From Candidatus Methylomirabilota bacterium (lineage in GTDB: Bacteria > Methylomirabilota > Methylomirabilia > Rokubacteriales > CSP1-6): a stretch of DNA of 64,000 nucleotides. The stretch covers positions 6,920 through 70,919 of the forward strand of contig DATIAY010000171.1 of assembly GCA_035457825.1 (NCBI GenBank), given 5' to 3'. The position numbers and the translations under genes are program-made. Of this stretch, positions 26,479 through 37,144 are shown piece by piece; within the stretch, counting starts at the first letter, position 1, and each line of letters opens with the position of its first letter. The notes beneath the pieces are model-generated. The model was not told the origin of the DNA, did no database searches, and saw nothing but the letters and a program-made list of their open reading frames with translations.

Positions 26479-28350
26479 GTGTCCACGGTCGTCTGGTTGG
26501 TCCCCGCCTTTCCCTTGCTCGGTGCGCTCGTCAATATCCTCGGGGGACGCTATATCGGGCGCCGAGCCCACTGGATCGCGGTGCCCGCGCTCGCCGCCTC
26601 CTTTGTGGCCGCCGGTGTCGTCTTCGCCGGGGTGCGACAGGGCCAGGTCGTGACGACGGCGCTCTTCCCGTGGGTGACGGCGGGAGAATTCGAGAGCTCG
26701 GTGAGCGCCCATGTCGACCCCCTGAGCGCCGTCATGCTGCTCGTCGTCACCGGCGTGGGTCTCCTCATCCACCTCTACTCGGTGGGCTACATGCACGCCG
26801 ATGCGAGCTACACCCGCTACTTCGGGTACTTGAACCTCTTTGTTTTCTCCATGACGATGCTCGTGCTGGCCGGTAACTTTCTTGTCCTCTACGTCTTCTG
26901 GGAGGCCGTCGGCCTCTGCTCCTATCTCTTGATCGGCTTCTGGTACACGCGCGCGGCTGCGGCCCAGGCGGGCAAGAAAGCGTTCGTCGTCAACCGCGTG
27001 GGGGATTTCGGCTTTGGCCTGGCCGTGATGTGGTTGTGGTTGGAGCTGGGCACGCTCGACTACGGCGAGGTGTTCGCCCGCGCCGGCGAGCTCACGCCAC
27101 CCACGGCGACGGCCATCGCGCTGCTACTGTTCATGGGTGCCTGCGGCAAATCGGCGCAGCTCCCGCTCCACACGTGGCTCCCCGACGCCATGGAAGGCCC
27201 CACGCCGGTCTCCGCGCTGATCCACGCCGCGACCATGGTCACGGCCGGCGTCTACATGGTGGCCCGCAGCCACGCCGTGTTCGAGCGCTCGGAAGTGGCC
27301 CTGGGGGTGGTCGCCTGGGTGGGAGTGGTCACGGCGCTGTTCGCCGCGACCATCGCCGTGGCCCAGACCGATATCAAGCGGGTGCTCGCCTACTCCACGG
27401 TGAGCCAGCTCGGCTACATGTTCGCGGCGGTGGGGCTCGGGGCCTACGCGGCGGGGATCTTTCACCTGGTGACGCACGCGTTTTTCAAGGCCCTGCTCTT
27501 CCTCGGCGCCGGCAGCGTGATCCACAGCCTCAACGGCGAGCAGGACCTGCGCCGGATGGGTGGCCTGGCGCCCAAGATGGTGGCCACGACCCTCACCATG
27601 ACGGTAGGCGCGGCCGCGCTGGCCGGGGTTCCACCCCTGGCCGGGTTCTTCTCCAAGGACGAGATCCTGCACGCCGCCTTCACTCGCGCCCCGGTGATCT
27701 GGGTCCTGCTGCTGCTGGGCGCCTTCCTCACCGCCTTCTACACCTTCCGGCTGATCTTCCTGGCCTTCTTCGGCTCGCCGCGAATGTCGCGGGAGGTCGC
27801 CCACCACGTCCACGACTCGCCCGGCGTGATGACCCTGCCGCTCGGCGTGCTGGCGCTTCTCACAATCGTGGCCGGCTGGGCGATAGGTCTGCCCTCGGCG
27901 CACGGAACCCGCTTCGAACGATTCCTCAGCCCTGTGTTCCCGGCTCACGATGCCGCGAGCAGCGGCGTGCTGACGCTCATGCTGGGCGTTCTCAGCGTGG
28001 TGGCGGCCGCCTCCGGTATCACCCTGGCCTGGTTCCGCTACCTGGCCACGCCGGTGCGGGCCGAGAGCATCGGACGACCACGATCTCTGTTCCACGCGCT
28101 CCTGCTCAACGCCTATTACGTCGACCCGCTCTACGACCGGGCCATCGTGCGGCCTTTGCTGGCACTCTCGGAGTTCCTGGCCCGGGCGGTCGATCTCAGG
28201 GTGATCGACGGCATCGTGAACGGGGTGGGACGTGCCGTCGTGATCGGGGCGGCCGCCGCACGCCGCTTGCAGACGGGGTACGTGGTGAACTACGCGTTCA
28301 CCATGCTGGTGGGTGCGGTGGCCCTGGTCGCATTCTTGCTCTCGCGATGA
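26479..28350 (+). CDS. nuoL: NADH-quinone oxidoreductase subunit L
   Basis: 623 aa, antiporter-like, with the long C-terminal amphipathic-helix region typical of NuoL. Confidence 0.85.
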   Translation: MSTVVWLVPAFPLLGALVNILGGRYIGRRAHWIAVPALAASFVAAGVVFAGVRQGQVVTTALFPWVTAGEFESSVSAHVDPLSAVMLLVVTGVGLLIHLYSVGYMHADASYTRYFGYLNLFVFSMTMLVLAGNFLVLYVFWEAVGLCSYLLIGFWYTRAAAAQAGKKAFVVNRVGDFGFGLAVMWLWLELGTLDYGEVFARAGELTPPTATAIALLLFMGACGKSAQLPLHTWLPDAMEGPTPVSALIHAATMVTAGVYMVARSHAVFERSEVALGVVAWVGVVTALFAATIAVAQTDIKRVLAYSTVSQLGYMFAAVGLGAYAAGIFHLVTHAFFKALLFLGAGSVIHSLNGEQDLRRMGGLAPKMVATTLTMTVGAAALAGVPPLAGFFSKDEILHAAFTRAPVIWVLLLLGAFLTAFYTFRLIFLAFFGSPRMSREVAHHVHDSPGVMTLPLGVLALLTIVAGWAIGLPSAHGTRFERFLSPVFPAHDAASSGVLTLMLGVLSVVAAASGITLAWFRYLATPVRAESIGRPRSLFHALLLNAYYVDPLYDRAIVRPLLALSEFLARAVDLRVIDGIVNGVGRAVVIGAAAARRLQTGYVVNYAFTMLVGAVALVAFLLSR

Positions 28351-29864
28351 ACCTCGGGTTGCTGACGGCGGTGACGTTCCTGCCGGCGGTGGGGGCGCTC
28401 CTCCTGGCCTTCGTCCCCCGCCGGCACGAGGGCTTGCTGCGGGGGGGCGCCCTGGTCGTGGCCCTGGCTACCTTCGCACTCTCGGTCCCGCTCTATGTCC
28501 TCTTCGACGGCACGTCCGCCGCCTACCAGTTCGTGGAGTACCTGCCCTGGATCCCCACTTTGGGCGTCGGCTATCATCTGGGCCTCGACGGCATCAGCCT
28601 GCTCCTCGTGCTCCTGACGACGTTCATCACCCCGCTGGCCCTGGGCTCGGCGTGGCACGCCATCGACGACCGGGTCAAGGAGTTCGTGGTGACGATGCTC
28701 CTGCTGGAGACGGGGATGGTGGGCGTGTTCGTGAGCCTGGATCTCTTCCTCTTCTACGTGTTCTGGGAAGCCATGCTCATTCCGATGTACGTCATCATCG
28801 GCGTGTGGGGCGGGAGCGCGCGCATCTATGCGGCCGTGAAGTTCGTGCTCTACACGATGATCGGTTCGCTGTTGATGCTGGTGGCCATCCTGGTCCTCTA
28901 CTTCCAGCACGGCGCGGCCACCGGCACCTACACCTTCGACGTGCCCGCGCTGGCCCGGTGGGTGGTGCCGCCGGGGTCGGCGCAAAACCTCATGTTCGCC
29001 GCCTTCGCTCTGGCCTTCGCGATCAAGGTGCCGCTCTTTCCCTTTCACACCTGGCTCCCCGACGCCCACGTGGAGGCCCCCACGGCCGGGTCCGTCATCC
29101 TGGCCGCCGTGCTGCTCAAGATGGGAACCTACGGCTTCTTGCGCTTTTGCCTGCCGTTTTTCCCGGACGCCAGCCTGACCTTCGGACCGCTGATGTTCGC
29201 CCTGGCGGTCATTGGCATCGTCTACGGCGCCTGGGTGTCCACGGTGCAGCCAGATCTCAAGAAGCTCGTGGCCTACTCGAGCGTGAGCCACCTGGGCTTC
29301 GTGGTGCTGGGCATCTTCACGCTCAACGTGCAGGGCATGGTCGGCGGGCTGATCCAGATGGTCAACCACGGACTGTCCACGGGGGCGTTGTTCCTGCTGG
29401 TGGGCATGCTCTACGAGCGGCGTCACACGCGCCGCATCGCCGACTTCGGCGGGCTCTGGAAGGTCGCGCCGGCCCTGTCCGCGGTCTTTCTGGTCGTGGC
29501 CCTGTCCTCGATGGGGCTGCCCGGCCTCAACGGCTTCGTGGGCGAATTCCTCGTCCTCGTCGGCGCCTTCCAGGTCAGCCGCCTGCTCGGCGCGGTAGCT
29601 ACCACGGGCATCATCTTCACCGCCGTCTACCTGCTCTGGATGTACCAGCGGGTCTTCTTCGGCGACCTCCAGCACGAGGACAACCGCCGGCTACCCGACC
29701 TCACCCCGCGTGAGTGGGCGCTCCTGGCCCCGGTGGTGGTGCTGATCGTCTGGATCGGCGTTTACCCGCTGGCCTTCACCGGGCCCACCGAGGCCTCGCT
29801 CGAGGCTCTGATCACCCAGGTCCAGTCCAAAGCCGGCGTCGCCCGCGCGGCCTGGGCCCGATGA
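28347..29864 (+). CDS. nuoM: NADH-quinone oxidoreductase subunit M
   Basis: ATG overlaps the nuoL stop (ATGA); NuoM-type antiporter fold. Confidence 0.85.
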   Translation: MNLGLLTAVTFLPAVGALLLAFVPRRHEGLLRGGALVVALATFALSVPLYVLFDGTSAAYQFVEYLPWIPTLGVGYHLGLDGISLLLVLLTTFITPLALGSAWHAIDDRVKEFVVTMLLLETGMVGVFVSLDLFLFYVFWEAMLIPMYVIIGVWGGSARIYAAVKFVLYTMIGSLLMLVAILVLYFQHGAATGTYTFDVPALARWVVPPGSAQNLMFAAFALAFAIKVPLFPFHTWLPDAHVEAPTAGSVILAAVLLKMGTYGFLRFCLPFFPDASLTFGPLMFALAVIGIVYGAWVSTVQPDLKKLVAYSSVSHLGFVVLGIFTLNVQGMVGGLIQMVNHGLSTGALFLLVGMLYERRHTRRIADFGGLWKVAPALSAVFLVVALSSMGLPGLNGFVGEFLVLVGAFQVSRLLGAVATTGIIFTAVYLLWMYQRVFFGDLQHEDNRRLPDLTPREWALLAPVVVLIVWIGVYPLAFTGPTEASLEALITQVQSKAGVARAAWAR

Positions 29865-31303
29865 GCCCGATCGCCGCGCCCCCCGTGGCCCTGAGCACGC
29901 TGCTGCCGACGCTCATCGTGCTGGGCACGGCGCTGCTGGTGCTGCTCCTGGATCTCCTGCCCCCGCGGGGGCGGAAGGCGCATCTGGGTTTGCTGACCCT
30001 GGTGGGCTTGATCGGCGCACAGCTGGCGACGCTGGCCGTGTGGGGCGGCCCCGGGCGGGGCTTCAAGGACATGATCGTCCTCGACAACCACGCGCTGTTC
30101 TTCCACCTCGTGATCACCTACGCGGCGGCCCTGGCCGTGCTGATGTCGATGGACTACCTGCGCCGGGCCGGTGCCGAGTCGGCCGAGTACTATGCGCTGC
30201 TGCTCTTCGCCGCGTCGGGGATGCTGCTGCTGGCCTCGGCCAACGACCTCATCGTCGCCTTCCTGGCCATCGAGCTCATGTCGCTCTCGCTCTACGTGCT
30301 GTCCGGCCTCTTCAAGCGGCGGCCCGACGCCGGGGAAGCCTCGATGAAGTACTTCCTGCTGGGCGTCTTCGCCTCGACGTTTCTCCTCTACGGCATTGCC
30401 CTCCTGTACGGTGCCGCCGGCTCCACGAGCTTCGATCGCGTTGCCGCCGCGCCCCGCACCCCCCTCGTCCTGATCGGCCTGGGTCTGCTCCTGGTCGGCT
30501 TCGGCTTCAAGATCTCGTCGGTGCCGTTCCACATGTGGGCGCCCGACGTCTACCAGGGGGCGCCGACCAGCGTCACCGCCTTCATCGCCACCGGGTCCAA
30601 GGCTGCGGTGTTCGCGGTGCTCATCCGCCTGGTGGTGGCCGGGCTGCGTTCGGTGCAGGCCGACGCCACCCCGGTGCTCTGGGCCCTGGCCGCCCTCACC
30701 ATGACGGTGGGCAACCTCGTGGCCATCGCCCAGTCCAGCTTCAAGCGCATGCTCGCGTACTCGTCAGTGGCCCACGTGGGCTACATCCTCGTGGGAGTGG
30801 TGGCCGGCGGCCCGGCCGGGGCCAGCGCCGTCCTCTTCTACCTGTTGGCATACACGTTCACTACTGCGGGCACCTTCGGGGTGATCGCGCTCTGCGAGCG
30901 GGCCGGCGAGGAGGCGGTGGACGTCCGGGACTACGCGGGGCTCGGGCGGCGGCACCCGGCGCTGGCGCTGGTGCTGAGCCTGTTCTTGCTCTCGCTCGTC
31001 GGCATTCCGCCGCTAGCCGGGTTCGTAGGGAAGGTCTACCTGTTCGGGGCTGCCGTGCGCGCCGGGTTCGTGTGGCTCGCGGTGATCGCCGTGCTGAACT
31101 CTGCCCTGGCCGCCTATTACTACCTGCGCGTGATCGTCTACATGTACATGCGCGACCCCGAGGGCGCCTCTGCCTCGCCCGTGCCCTCGTTCGCCGGCGC
31201 GCTGGCATTGGCCATCGCGCTGGTCGGCATCGTGCTCCTCGGCCTCGTGCCGGCCCCGTTCGCGGATCTTGCGACGGCGGCGGTGGTCCCCTTGCTGCGC
31301 TAG
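29861..31303 (+). CDS. nuoN: NADH-quinone oxidoreductase subunit N
   Basis: ATG overlaps the nuoM stop; NuoN-type antiporter fold. Confidence 0.85.
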   Translation: MSPIAAPPVALSTLLPTLIVLGTALLVLLLDLLPPRGRKAHLGLLTLVGLIGAQLATLAVWGGPGRGFKDMIVLDNHALFFHLVITYAAALAVLMSMDYLRRAGAESAEYYALLLFAASGMLLLASANDLIVAFLAIELMSLSLYVLSGLFKRRPDAGEASMKYFLLGVFASTFLLYGIALLYGAAGSTSFDRVAAAPRTPLVLIGLGLLLVGFGFKISSVPFHMWAPDVYQGAPTSVTAFIATGSKAAVFAVLIRLVVAGLRSVQADATPVLWALAALTMTVGNLVAIAQSSFKRMLAYSSVAHVGYILVGVVAGGPAGASAVLFYLLAYTFTTAGTFGVIALCERAGEEAVDVRDYAGLGRRHPALALVLSLFLLSLVGIPPLAGFVGKVYLFGAAVRAGFVWLAVIAVLNSALAAYYYLRVIVYMYMRDPEGASASPVPSFAGALALAIALVGIVLLGLVPAPFADLATAAVVPLLR

Positions 31304-31313
31304 CGGTCCCGGC

Positions 31314-32411
31314 GTGGCCCGTCGCCCCCGGCTGCCGCTCGAGGGTTACCGCGTGGTGGAGATGGCTCACCACCTGGCCGCGCCCCTGGCCGCCATGTAT
31401 CTGGCCACCAACCGCAACAAGCGCAGCCTGAGCCTGGACTACGCAAGCCCCGCTGGACGCCGGGTCCTCGATCGCCTGCTGGCCGGCGCCGACGTGCTCC
31501 TCACCAACTACACGCCCGAAGTGCTGGCCCGGCTGCGCTTGACGCCCCGCGTGCTGGCTCGCCGCCACCGCCGCCTCGTCGTCTGCGCCCTCTCCGCGTT
31601 CGGCGACCGTGGGCCCGAGGCGGGCCGCCGCGCGTTCGACATCGTCGTCAGCGCGGAGACCGGTCTGCTGCTGCCTCACCCCGACGGAACGAGCGCCCCG
31701 CTCGTCAACGCCGCGCCCATCGCCGACACCCACAGCGCGCTCATGCTGGCCTATGGCGTCACGCTGGCGCTTCTGCACCGCCAGCGGGGCGGGCGGGCCC
31801 AGGCGGTGGAGTCAGCCCTGCTCTACGCCTGCATCGCGCTGCAGGCCCATCGGTTCATCTGGCTGGAGGGCGACGCGGCCCCGGAGACGGCACCGCCGTC
31901 GACGGCGCTCTATCGGGCCTATGCCACTGCCGACGGCTTCATCGCGGTGGCGGCGATCGCCGAACGCCTGTGGCAGCGACTGTGCCGGGCCCTCGATCTG
32001 GAAGGGCTGCTCGCCGACCCCCGCTATGCGCCGTGGGCGACGCTGGTGACCCGGCGCAGCGACCCGGCCCTGATCGACGCGCTGGCCGCCCGATTCCTCA
32101 CACGCTCCACCGAGGAGTGGCTCAAGCTCCTCGTCGCGGCCGGCGTGCCGGCGGGCCGCGTGCTCGCCGGCCCTCAGGTGTTCGAGCACCCTCAGCTCAC
32201 CGCCAACGGCGTCGTGCTGCAGACCCGGGATCCCCGCGCGGGCCGGCTGCGCATGATGGGTTTCCCGTTGCGCCTGAGCCGTACGCCGGCCCGCTTGCGT
32301 CGGCACGCCCCGGCTTTGGGCGCCGACACCGTGGGTGTCCTCCGCGACATCGGTTACGCCGCGCGGGAGGTCGCGCGGCTACACAACGCCGGTGTCGTGC
32401 GCCGGCCGTGA
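31314..32411 (+). CDS. CoA-transferase family III (CaiB/BaiF-like)
   Basis: Family III CoA-transferase motifs; GTG start chosen at 31314. Confidence 0.7.
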   Translation: MARRPRLPLEGYRVVEMAHHLAAPLAAMYLATNRNKRSLSLDYASPAGRRVLDRLLAGADVLLTNYTPEVLARLRLTPRVLARRHRRLVVCALSAFGDRGPEAGRRAFDIVVSAETGLLLPHPDGTSAPLVNAAPIADTHSALMLAYGVTLALLHRQRGGRAQAVESALLYACIALQAHRFIWLEGDAAPETAPPSTALYRAYATADGFIAVAAIAERLWQRLCRALDLEGLLADPRYAPWATLVTRRSDPALIDALAARFLTRSTEEWLKLLVAAGVPAGRVLAGPQVFEHPQLTANGVVLQTRDPRAGRLRMMGFPLRLSRTPARLRRHAPALGADTVGVLRDIGYAAREVARLHNAGVVRRP

Positions 32412-33217
32412 GCCCGCGCCCCCTGCCACACCCCTACCGTGGCTGGCTGTTCGACCTCGACGGCACCGTGTATCGCGGCGACGCCCTCATCTCCGGCGCG
32501 GCCGAGACGATCCGGGCTATACGCCAGGCCGGGCGCCGCGTGGCGTTCCTGTCCAACAAACCATTGCAGACGCGCCGCGAGTACGCACGCAAGCTGACGG
32601 CGCTGGGGATCCCCACCGAGGCCGAGGAGGTCATCACGGCCTCCCTGGTGCTGGCCCGTCACCTGCAGGCCCTGGATCCGGGGGCGCCCGTCTTCGTGAT
32701 CGGCGAGCCCCCGCTCATGGCTGAACTGGCCGCGCATGGCCTTCAGGTGCGCAGCGACCACCGCGTACGCTGGGTAGTGATCGCCTTCGACCGCACCTTC
32801 GACTACGCCAAGCTGAACACGGCGCTGCAGGCCGTCCGGAGCGGGGCCCGGCTCATGGCCACCAACCCCGACCGCACCTGCCCGACCGAGGAGGGAGAGA
32901 TCCCCGACTGCGCCGGCATGATCGCCGCGGTGGAGGCGGTCACGGCGCGCGCCGTCGATGTCGTCGTCGGCAAGCCCTCGCCCATCATCCTCGAGGTCGC
33001 TCTGCGTGCGCTCGCGGTGCCGGCGGCGGAGTGTGTGATCGTCGGCGACAGGATTGAGACCGACATGGTGATGGGCAAGCGCGGAGGGCTGGGCACCGTC
33101 CTCGTGCTCAGCGGTGTCACGCGCGCCGACGACCCTCGCATCGCCGAGGTCAGGCCGGACGCCGTGATACGATCGATTCGGGATCTTCTCGAGTCATGGC
33201 CCGAGCGATCGAGCTGA
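32408..33217 (+). CDS. HAD-IIA family hydrolase (NagD-like)
   Basis: WLFDLDGTVYRG motif I, SNKP motif II, VGDRIETDM motif IV. GTG overlaps the upstream stop (GTGA). Confidence 0.75.
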   Translation: MSPRPLPHPYRGWLFDLDGTVYRGDALISGAAETIRAIRQAGRRVAFLSNKPLQTRREYARKLTALGIPTEAEEVITASLVLARHLQALDPGAPVFVIGEPPLMAELAAHGLQVRSDHRVRWVVIAFDRTFDYAKLNTALQAVRSGARLMATNPDRTCPTEEGEIPDCAGMIAAVEAVTARAVDVVVGKPSPIILEVALRALAVPAAECVIVGDRIETDMVMGKRGGLGTVLVLSGVTRADDPRIAEVRPDAVIRSIRDLLESWPERSS

Positions 33218-34818
33218 CCGATGGCGACTACGACGTCGTCATTCTCGGCGGCGGCGTGGCCGGCGCTGGCGTGGCTCGTGACCTCGCGTTGCGTGGCGTG
33301 TCGGTGGCGTTGCTCGACAAGGGTGATTTCGCCTCCGGCACCACGTCACGATCGTCGAAGCTGATTCACGGCGGCCTGCGGTACCTGGAGCTGTTCGACT
33401 TCGGGCTGGTGCGGGAGTCACTCCGCGAACGGGAGACCCTGCGGCGACTGGCGCCCCACCTCGTCCGCCCCCTGCCCTTCCTGGTCCCCGTCTACCGGGA
33501 GTCCTCGCGCAGCCTCATCAAGGTGCGGATCGGGCTCACGCTGTACGACTGGCTGGCACCCCGCCGCGGCCGGGAGCGCTACCGGGTGCTGGCGCCGGTC
33601 GATGTGCTCAGCCTGGAACCCGCCCTGCGCGCCCACGACCTCAAGGGCGCCGGCTACTATTTCGACGATCTCCTGCTCTTCCCCGAGCGGCTCTGTCTGG
33701 AGAATGTCCTGTCGGCCTGCCGCCACGGTGCCCGCGCCTTCAACTACACGGAGGCCGAGGAACTCCTGCGCGACCGCGGGGGTCGCCTGGTGGCCGTCAA
33801 GGCGCGCGATCTCCTCAGTGATCGGGTGGCGACCCTGCGGTGCCGGGTGGTGGTCAACGCCACCGGGCCGTGGGTCGATCTCGTCCGCGCCCGCGCGGGC
33901 ATCGCCGAGCGGGGAAGCCGGATCGTGCGGCGGACGAAGGGAATCCATTGCCTGTTGCCCCGGCTCACCGAGCGGGCCATCTACCAGAGCACCAGCGATG
34001 ACCGCATGATCTTCGTGATTCCCTGGCGCGACTTCTCACTGGTTGGTGCCACCGACACCGATTTCGACGGCGACCTCGACCGCCTCGCGGCGACCCGGGA
34101 GGAGGTCGCGTACTTGCTCGGCGAGGTACGCAAGGTCGTGCCCGATGACCGGGTCACTCCCGAGCAGGTGGCTTACACGTACGCCGGCGTACGGCCCCTC
34201 TCGTGGGAGGAGGATAAGCGCGCGTCTGACGTGTCCCGCGCCCATCGGGTCGTGCCGGAAGCGGAGGGAACGCTGCTATCGATCACGGGGACCAAGCTCA
34301 CCTGCTACCGGAGCCTCGCCGCGGAGCTGGGTGATCGGGTGCTGCGGACGCTGGGACGTCAGACGGCCGGCCGGACGGCCCGTCTGATGCTCGACGGCAC
34401 CGACGGCGAAGTCGGGCGCATGGAGGCCCGGATCTGGCTCGACGTGGGGCCCGAGGTGGCGGCCTCCGGTCTGCAGCGGGATACCCTGCAAACCCTGGTC
34501 GAGACCTACGGTCGCGGCTACCGACGGGTGATCGAGCTGGCCGGCAAGGTGCCCGGCGGCACCGAGTTGCTGTGCCCGCAGAATCACGAGATCGTGGCCC
34601 AGCTCTACACGGCGGTGCAGGAGGAGCAGGCCGTCTCGCTTCAAGATTTGCTGCTCCGCCGCACCGGAATCGGCACGAGCCGGTGCCAGGGACTCGACTG
34701 CGCCGAGGCCATCGGGCGCCGCATGGCCCAACTATCCGGATGGACGCCGCGCCGCCTGGAGGCCGAGCTGGACGCCTATCACGCCTGCGTCGCGCGCTCA
34801 CGGCGGTTCCGCGACTAG
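33196..34818 (+). CDS. glpD: FAD-dependent glycerol-3-phosphate dehydrogenase
   Basis: YDVVILGGGVAGAGVA and SSKLIHGGLRYLE motifs. Confidence 0.85.
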   Translation: MARAIELTDGDYDVVILGGGVAGAGVARDLALRGVSVALLDKGDFASGTTSRSSKLIHGGLRYLELFDFGLVRESLRERETLRRLAPHLVRPLPFLVPVYRESSRSLIKVRIGLTLYDWLAPRRGRERYRVLAPVDVLSLEPALRAHDLKGAGYYFDDLLLFPERLCLENVLSACRHGARAFNYTEAEELLRDRGGRLVAVKARDLLSDRVATLRCRVVVNATGPWVDLVRARAGIAERGSRIVRRTKGIHCLLPRLTERAIYQSTSDDRMIFVIPWRDFSLVGATDTDFDGDLDRLAATREEVAYLLGEVRKVVPDDRVTPEQVAYTYAGVRPLSWEEDKRASDVSRAHRVVPEAEGTLLSITGTKLTCYRSLAAELGDRVLRTLGRQTAGRTARLMLDGTDGEVGRMEARIWLDVGPEVAASGLQRDTLQTLVETYGRGYRRVIELAGKVPGGTELLCPQNHEIVAQLYTAVQEEQAVSLQDLLLRRTGIGTSRCQGLDCAEAIGRRMAQLSGWTPRRLEAELDAYHACVARSRRFRD

Positions 34819-34821
34819 GCG

Positions 34822-35637
34822 GTGAGGACCGCCGTCACCCTCTTCGTTCTGGCCCTCGCCTTCGCCGCCCTGCCTGCGGCCGGTGCCGGCCCGCGGGTGG
34901 CGGCTCACCGCGGTGGCGCGCTCCTCTGGGTAGAGAACAGTCTGGGGGCCTATCGGAAGGCGCTGGAGCTGGGTGTCGACTATGTCGAGACCGACGTGCA
35001 CCTGACTGCCGACGGCGATCTGGTGGTGGTGCACGACGCCACGCTAGACCGCACGACGAGCGGGACGGGCACCGTCCGCGAAGCCCGCCGCGACGAGCTG
35101 AGCAGGTTGCGGCTTCGGGCCCGGGATGGGAGCCTGACCGACGAGCCCCTCCCCACGCTGGGCGCGTTGCTTGACGTCGTCCGACCGAGCCGGGCGGAGC
35201 TCCTCCTGGAGATCAAGGTGGACGAACGGGGCCGGCGCTACCCGGGCATCGAGGAAAAGGTGCTGGCCCTCCTTCGGGAGCGTGCACTCTCGGCCCGGAC
35301 CCTGATCATGGCCTTCGAGCCCGACACGCTGCGCCGCGTGCGCGAGCTGGACCCGGCGGTGCGCACCGTGCTCCTGATCAACCGGGGCCGGGTCCAGCAC
35401 GAGCGGGTCTGGCCGGCAGCCGCCGTCACGCGCGCCGTCGAGCTGGGCGCCGCCGCGGTGGGTTTCAACCACCGGCTGGTCGATGCCGACGTGACGGCGG
35501 CCGCCCGCCGGGCCGGGCTGGTGCTGGCCGCCTGGACGGTGAACGAGGAGGCCGACCTCAGCCGCGTGATCGCTCTGGGCGTAGACGTCGTCATCAGCGA
35601 TCGACCCGACCTGGCGCTGCGCCTCACCGGGCGATGA
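34822..35637 (+). CDS. glpQ: glycerophosphodiester phosphodiesterase (secreted)
   Basis: Signal peptide; AAHRGG...ENSLGAY...[25 protein letters not shown]-family motifs. Confidence 0.75.
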   Translation: MRTAVTLFVLALAFAALPAAGAGPRVAAHRGGALLWVENSLGAYRKALELGVDYVETDVHLTADGDLVVVHDATLDRTTSGTGTVREARRDELSRLRLRARDGSLTDEPLPTLGALLDVVRPSRAELLLEIKVDERGRRYPGIEEKVLALLRERALSARTLIMAFEPDTLRRVRELDPAVRTVLLINRGRVQHERVWPAAAVTRAVELGAAAVGFNHRLVDADVTAAARRAGLVLAAWTVNEEADLSRVIALGVDVVISDRPDLALRLTGR

Positions 35638-37142
35638 CGCGGCGCTTCGTTCTGGCGCTCGACCAGGGCACCTCGGGCTCCACGGCCCTGATCGTGGATC
35701 CCGAAGGGCAGGTGCTGGCCCGCGGCTACGCCGAACTGCCCCAGTATTACCCTCAGCCCGGATGGGTGGAGCACGACCCTGAGGAGATCTGGACCACCAC
35801 CCAGCGGGCGGCCCAGGCCGCGCTCAGGACCGCGGGTGTCGCCGGGACCGAGGTGGCAGCGGTCGGTATCAGCAACCAGCGCGAAACGACGCTCCTGTGG
35901 GAGCGGTCGGGTGGTCGGCCGGTGCACCGGGCGATCGTGTGGCAGTGCCGGCGTACGGCCGCGATGTGCGAGCGCCTGCGGGCCGACGGTCACGAGACGC
36001 GCGTGCGCGAGATCACCGGGCTCGTGCTCGACGCCTACTTCTCCGGCACCAAGCTTCGCTGGCTGCTGGACGAGGTGCCGGGCGCGCGGGGGCAGGCCGA
36101 GCGAGGCGAGCTCGCCTTCGGCACCGTCGATAGCTGGCTGCTCTGGAAGCTTACCGGCGGCGCGGTCCACGCCACCGACGTGAGCAATGCCTCGCGCACG
36201 CTGCTGCTCGATCTCCGCAAGGGGGACTGGGATCCCCACCTGCTGCGGGTGCTCGGCGTGCCGGCCGCGGTCTTGCCTCGCGTGCAGCCGTCGTCCGGGG
36301 TCTTCGGTGAGAGCGTCGAGCTCGGCTGGCTTCCGCGCGGGGTTCCCATCGCTGGGATCGCCGGCGATCAGCAAGCCGCGCTCTTCGGGCAGGCGTGCTA
36401 CCAGCCCGGGACCGCCAAGAACACGTACGGGACCGGGTGCTTCCTCCTGCTCAACACCGGCGAGACACCGGTGACCTCCGGACACGGCCTCCTCACGACG
36501 ATCGCGTGGCGCATCGGGGGCGTGACGACGTATGCTCTTGAGGGCAGCGTCTTCATCGCGGGGGCGGCCGTGCAGTGGCTGCGGGACGGACTCGGGCTCA
36601 TTCGGACGGCGGCCGAAAGCGAGGCCCTGGCCCGCTCGGTAAGCGATACCGGCGGTGTCTATTTCGTCCCGGCCTTCGTCGGTCTGGGCGCGCCCTACTG
36701 GGACATGTACGCCCGGGGCACGATCGTGGGCCTGACTCGCGGCACGACGGCCGCCCACCTGGCCCGGGCGACGCTGGAAGCGATCGCGTACCAGAGCCGC
36801 GACGTCCTGGAGGCGATGGTGGCCGACGCCGGCATCGCTCCCCGGCGATTGAGAGTGGACGGCGGCGCGGCGGCCAATGATCTGCTGTGCCAGTTCCAGG
36901 CGGACATGCTGGACGTGCCGGTGCTGCGGCCGGGGGTGATCGAGACGACGGGGCTGGGCGCCGCCTACCTGGCCGGTCTGGGGGTCGGGGTCTGGGACTC
37001 GCTGGACGCGCTGGCCGAGCGCACGACGATCGAGCGCACCTTCGTCCCGGCGATAGACCCCGGGCGGCGGGCGCAGTGCTATGGGGGCTGGCGACGGGCG
37101 ATCGAACGGGCCCGCGCCTGGGCCCACCCACAAGGAGACTGA
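35634..37142 (+). CDS. glpK: glycerol kinase
   Basis: [10 protein letters not shown]-terminus; FGGY sugar-kinase motifs throughout. Confidence 0.9.
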   Translation: MTRRFVLALDQGTSGSTALIVDPEGQVLARGYAELPQYYPQPGWVEHDPEEIWTTTQRAAQAALRTAGVAGTEVAAVGISNQRETTLLWERSGGRPVHRAIVWQCRRTAAMCERLRADGHETRVREITGLVLDAYFSGTKLRWLLDEVPGARGQAERGELAFGTVDSWLLWKLTGGAVHATDVSNASRTLLLDLRKGDWDPHLLRVLGVPAAVLPRVQPSSGVFGESVELGWLPRGVPIAGIAGDQQAALFGQACYQPGTAKNTYGTGCFLLLNTGETPVTSGHGLLTTIAWRIGGVTTYALEGSVFIAGAAVQWLRDGLGLIRTAAESEALARSVSDTGGVYFVPAFVGLGAPYWDMYARGTIVGLTRGTTAAHLARATLEAIAYQSRDVLEAMVADAGIAPRRLRVDGGAAANDLLCQFQADMLDVPVLRPGVIETTGLGAAYLAGLGVGVWDSLDALAERTTIERTFVPAIDPGRRAQCYGGWRRAIERARAWAHPQGD

Positions 37143-37144
37143 CG

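Noticed and set aside
27030-29864. 944-aa plus-strand ORF spanning nuoL and nuoM
   Set aside because: Its N-terminal 439 codons are an out-of-frame read-through across nuoL. The genuine nuoM begins at ATG 28347, overlapping the nuoL stop.
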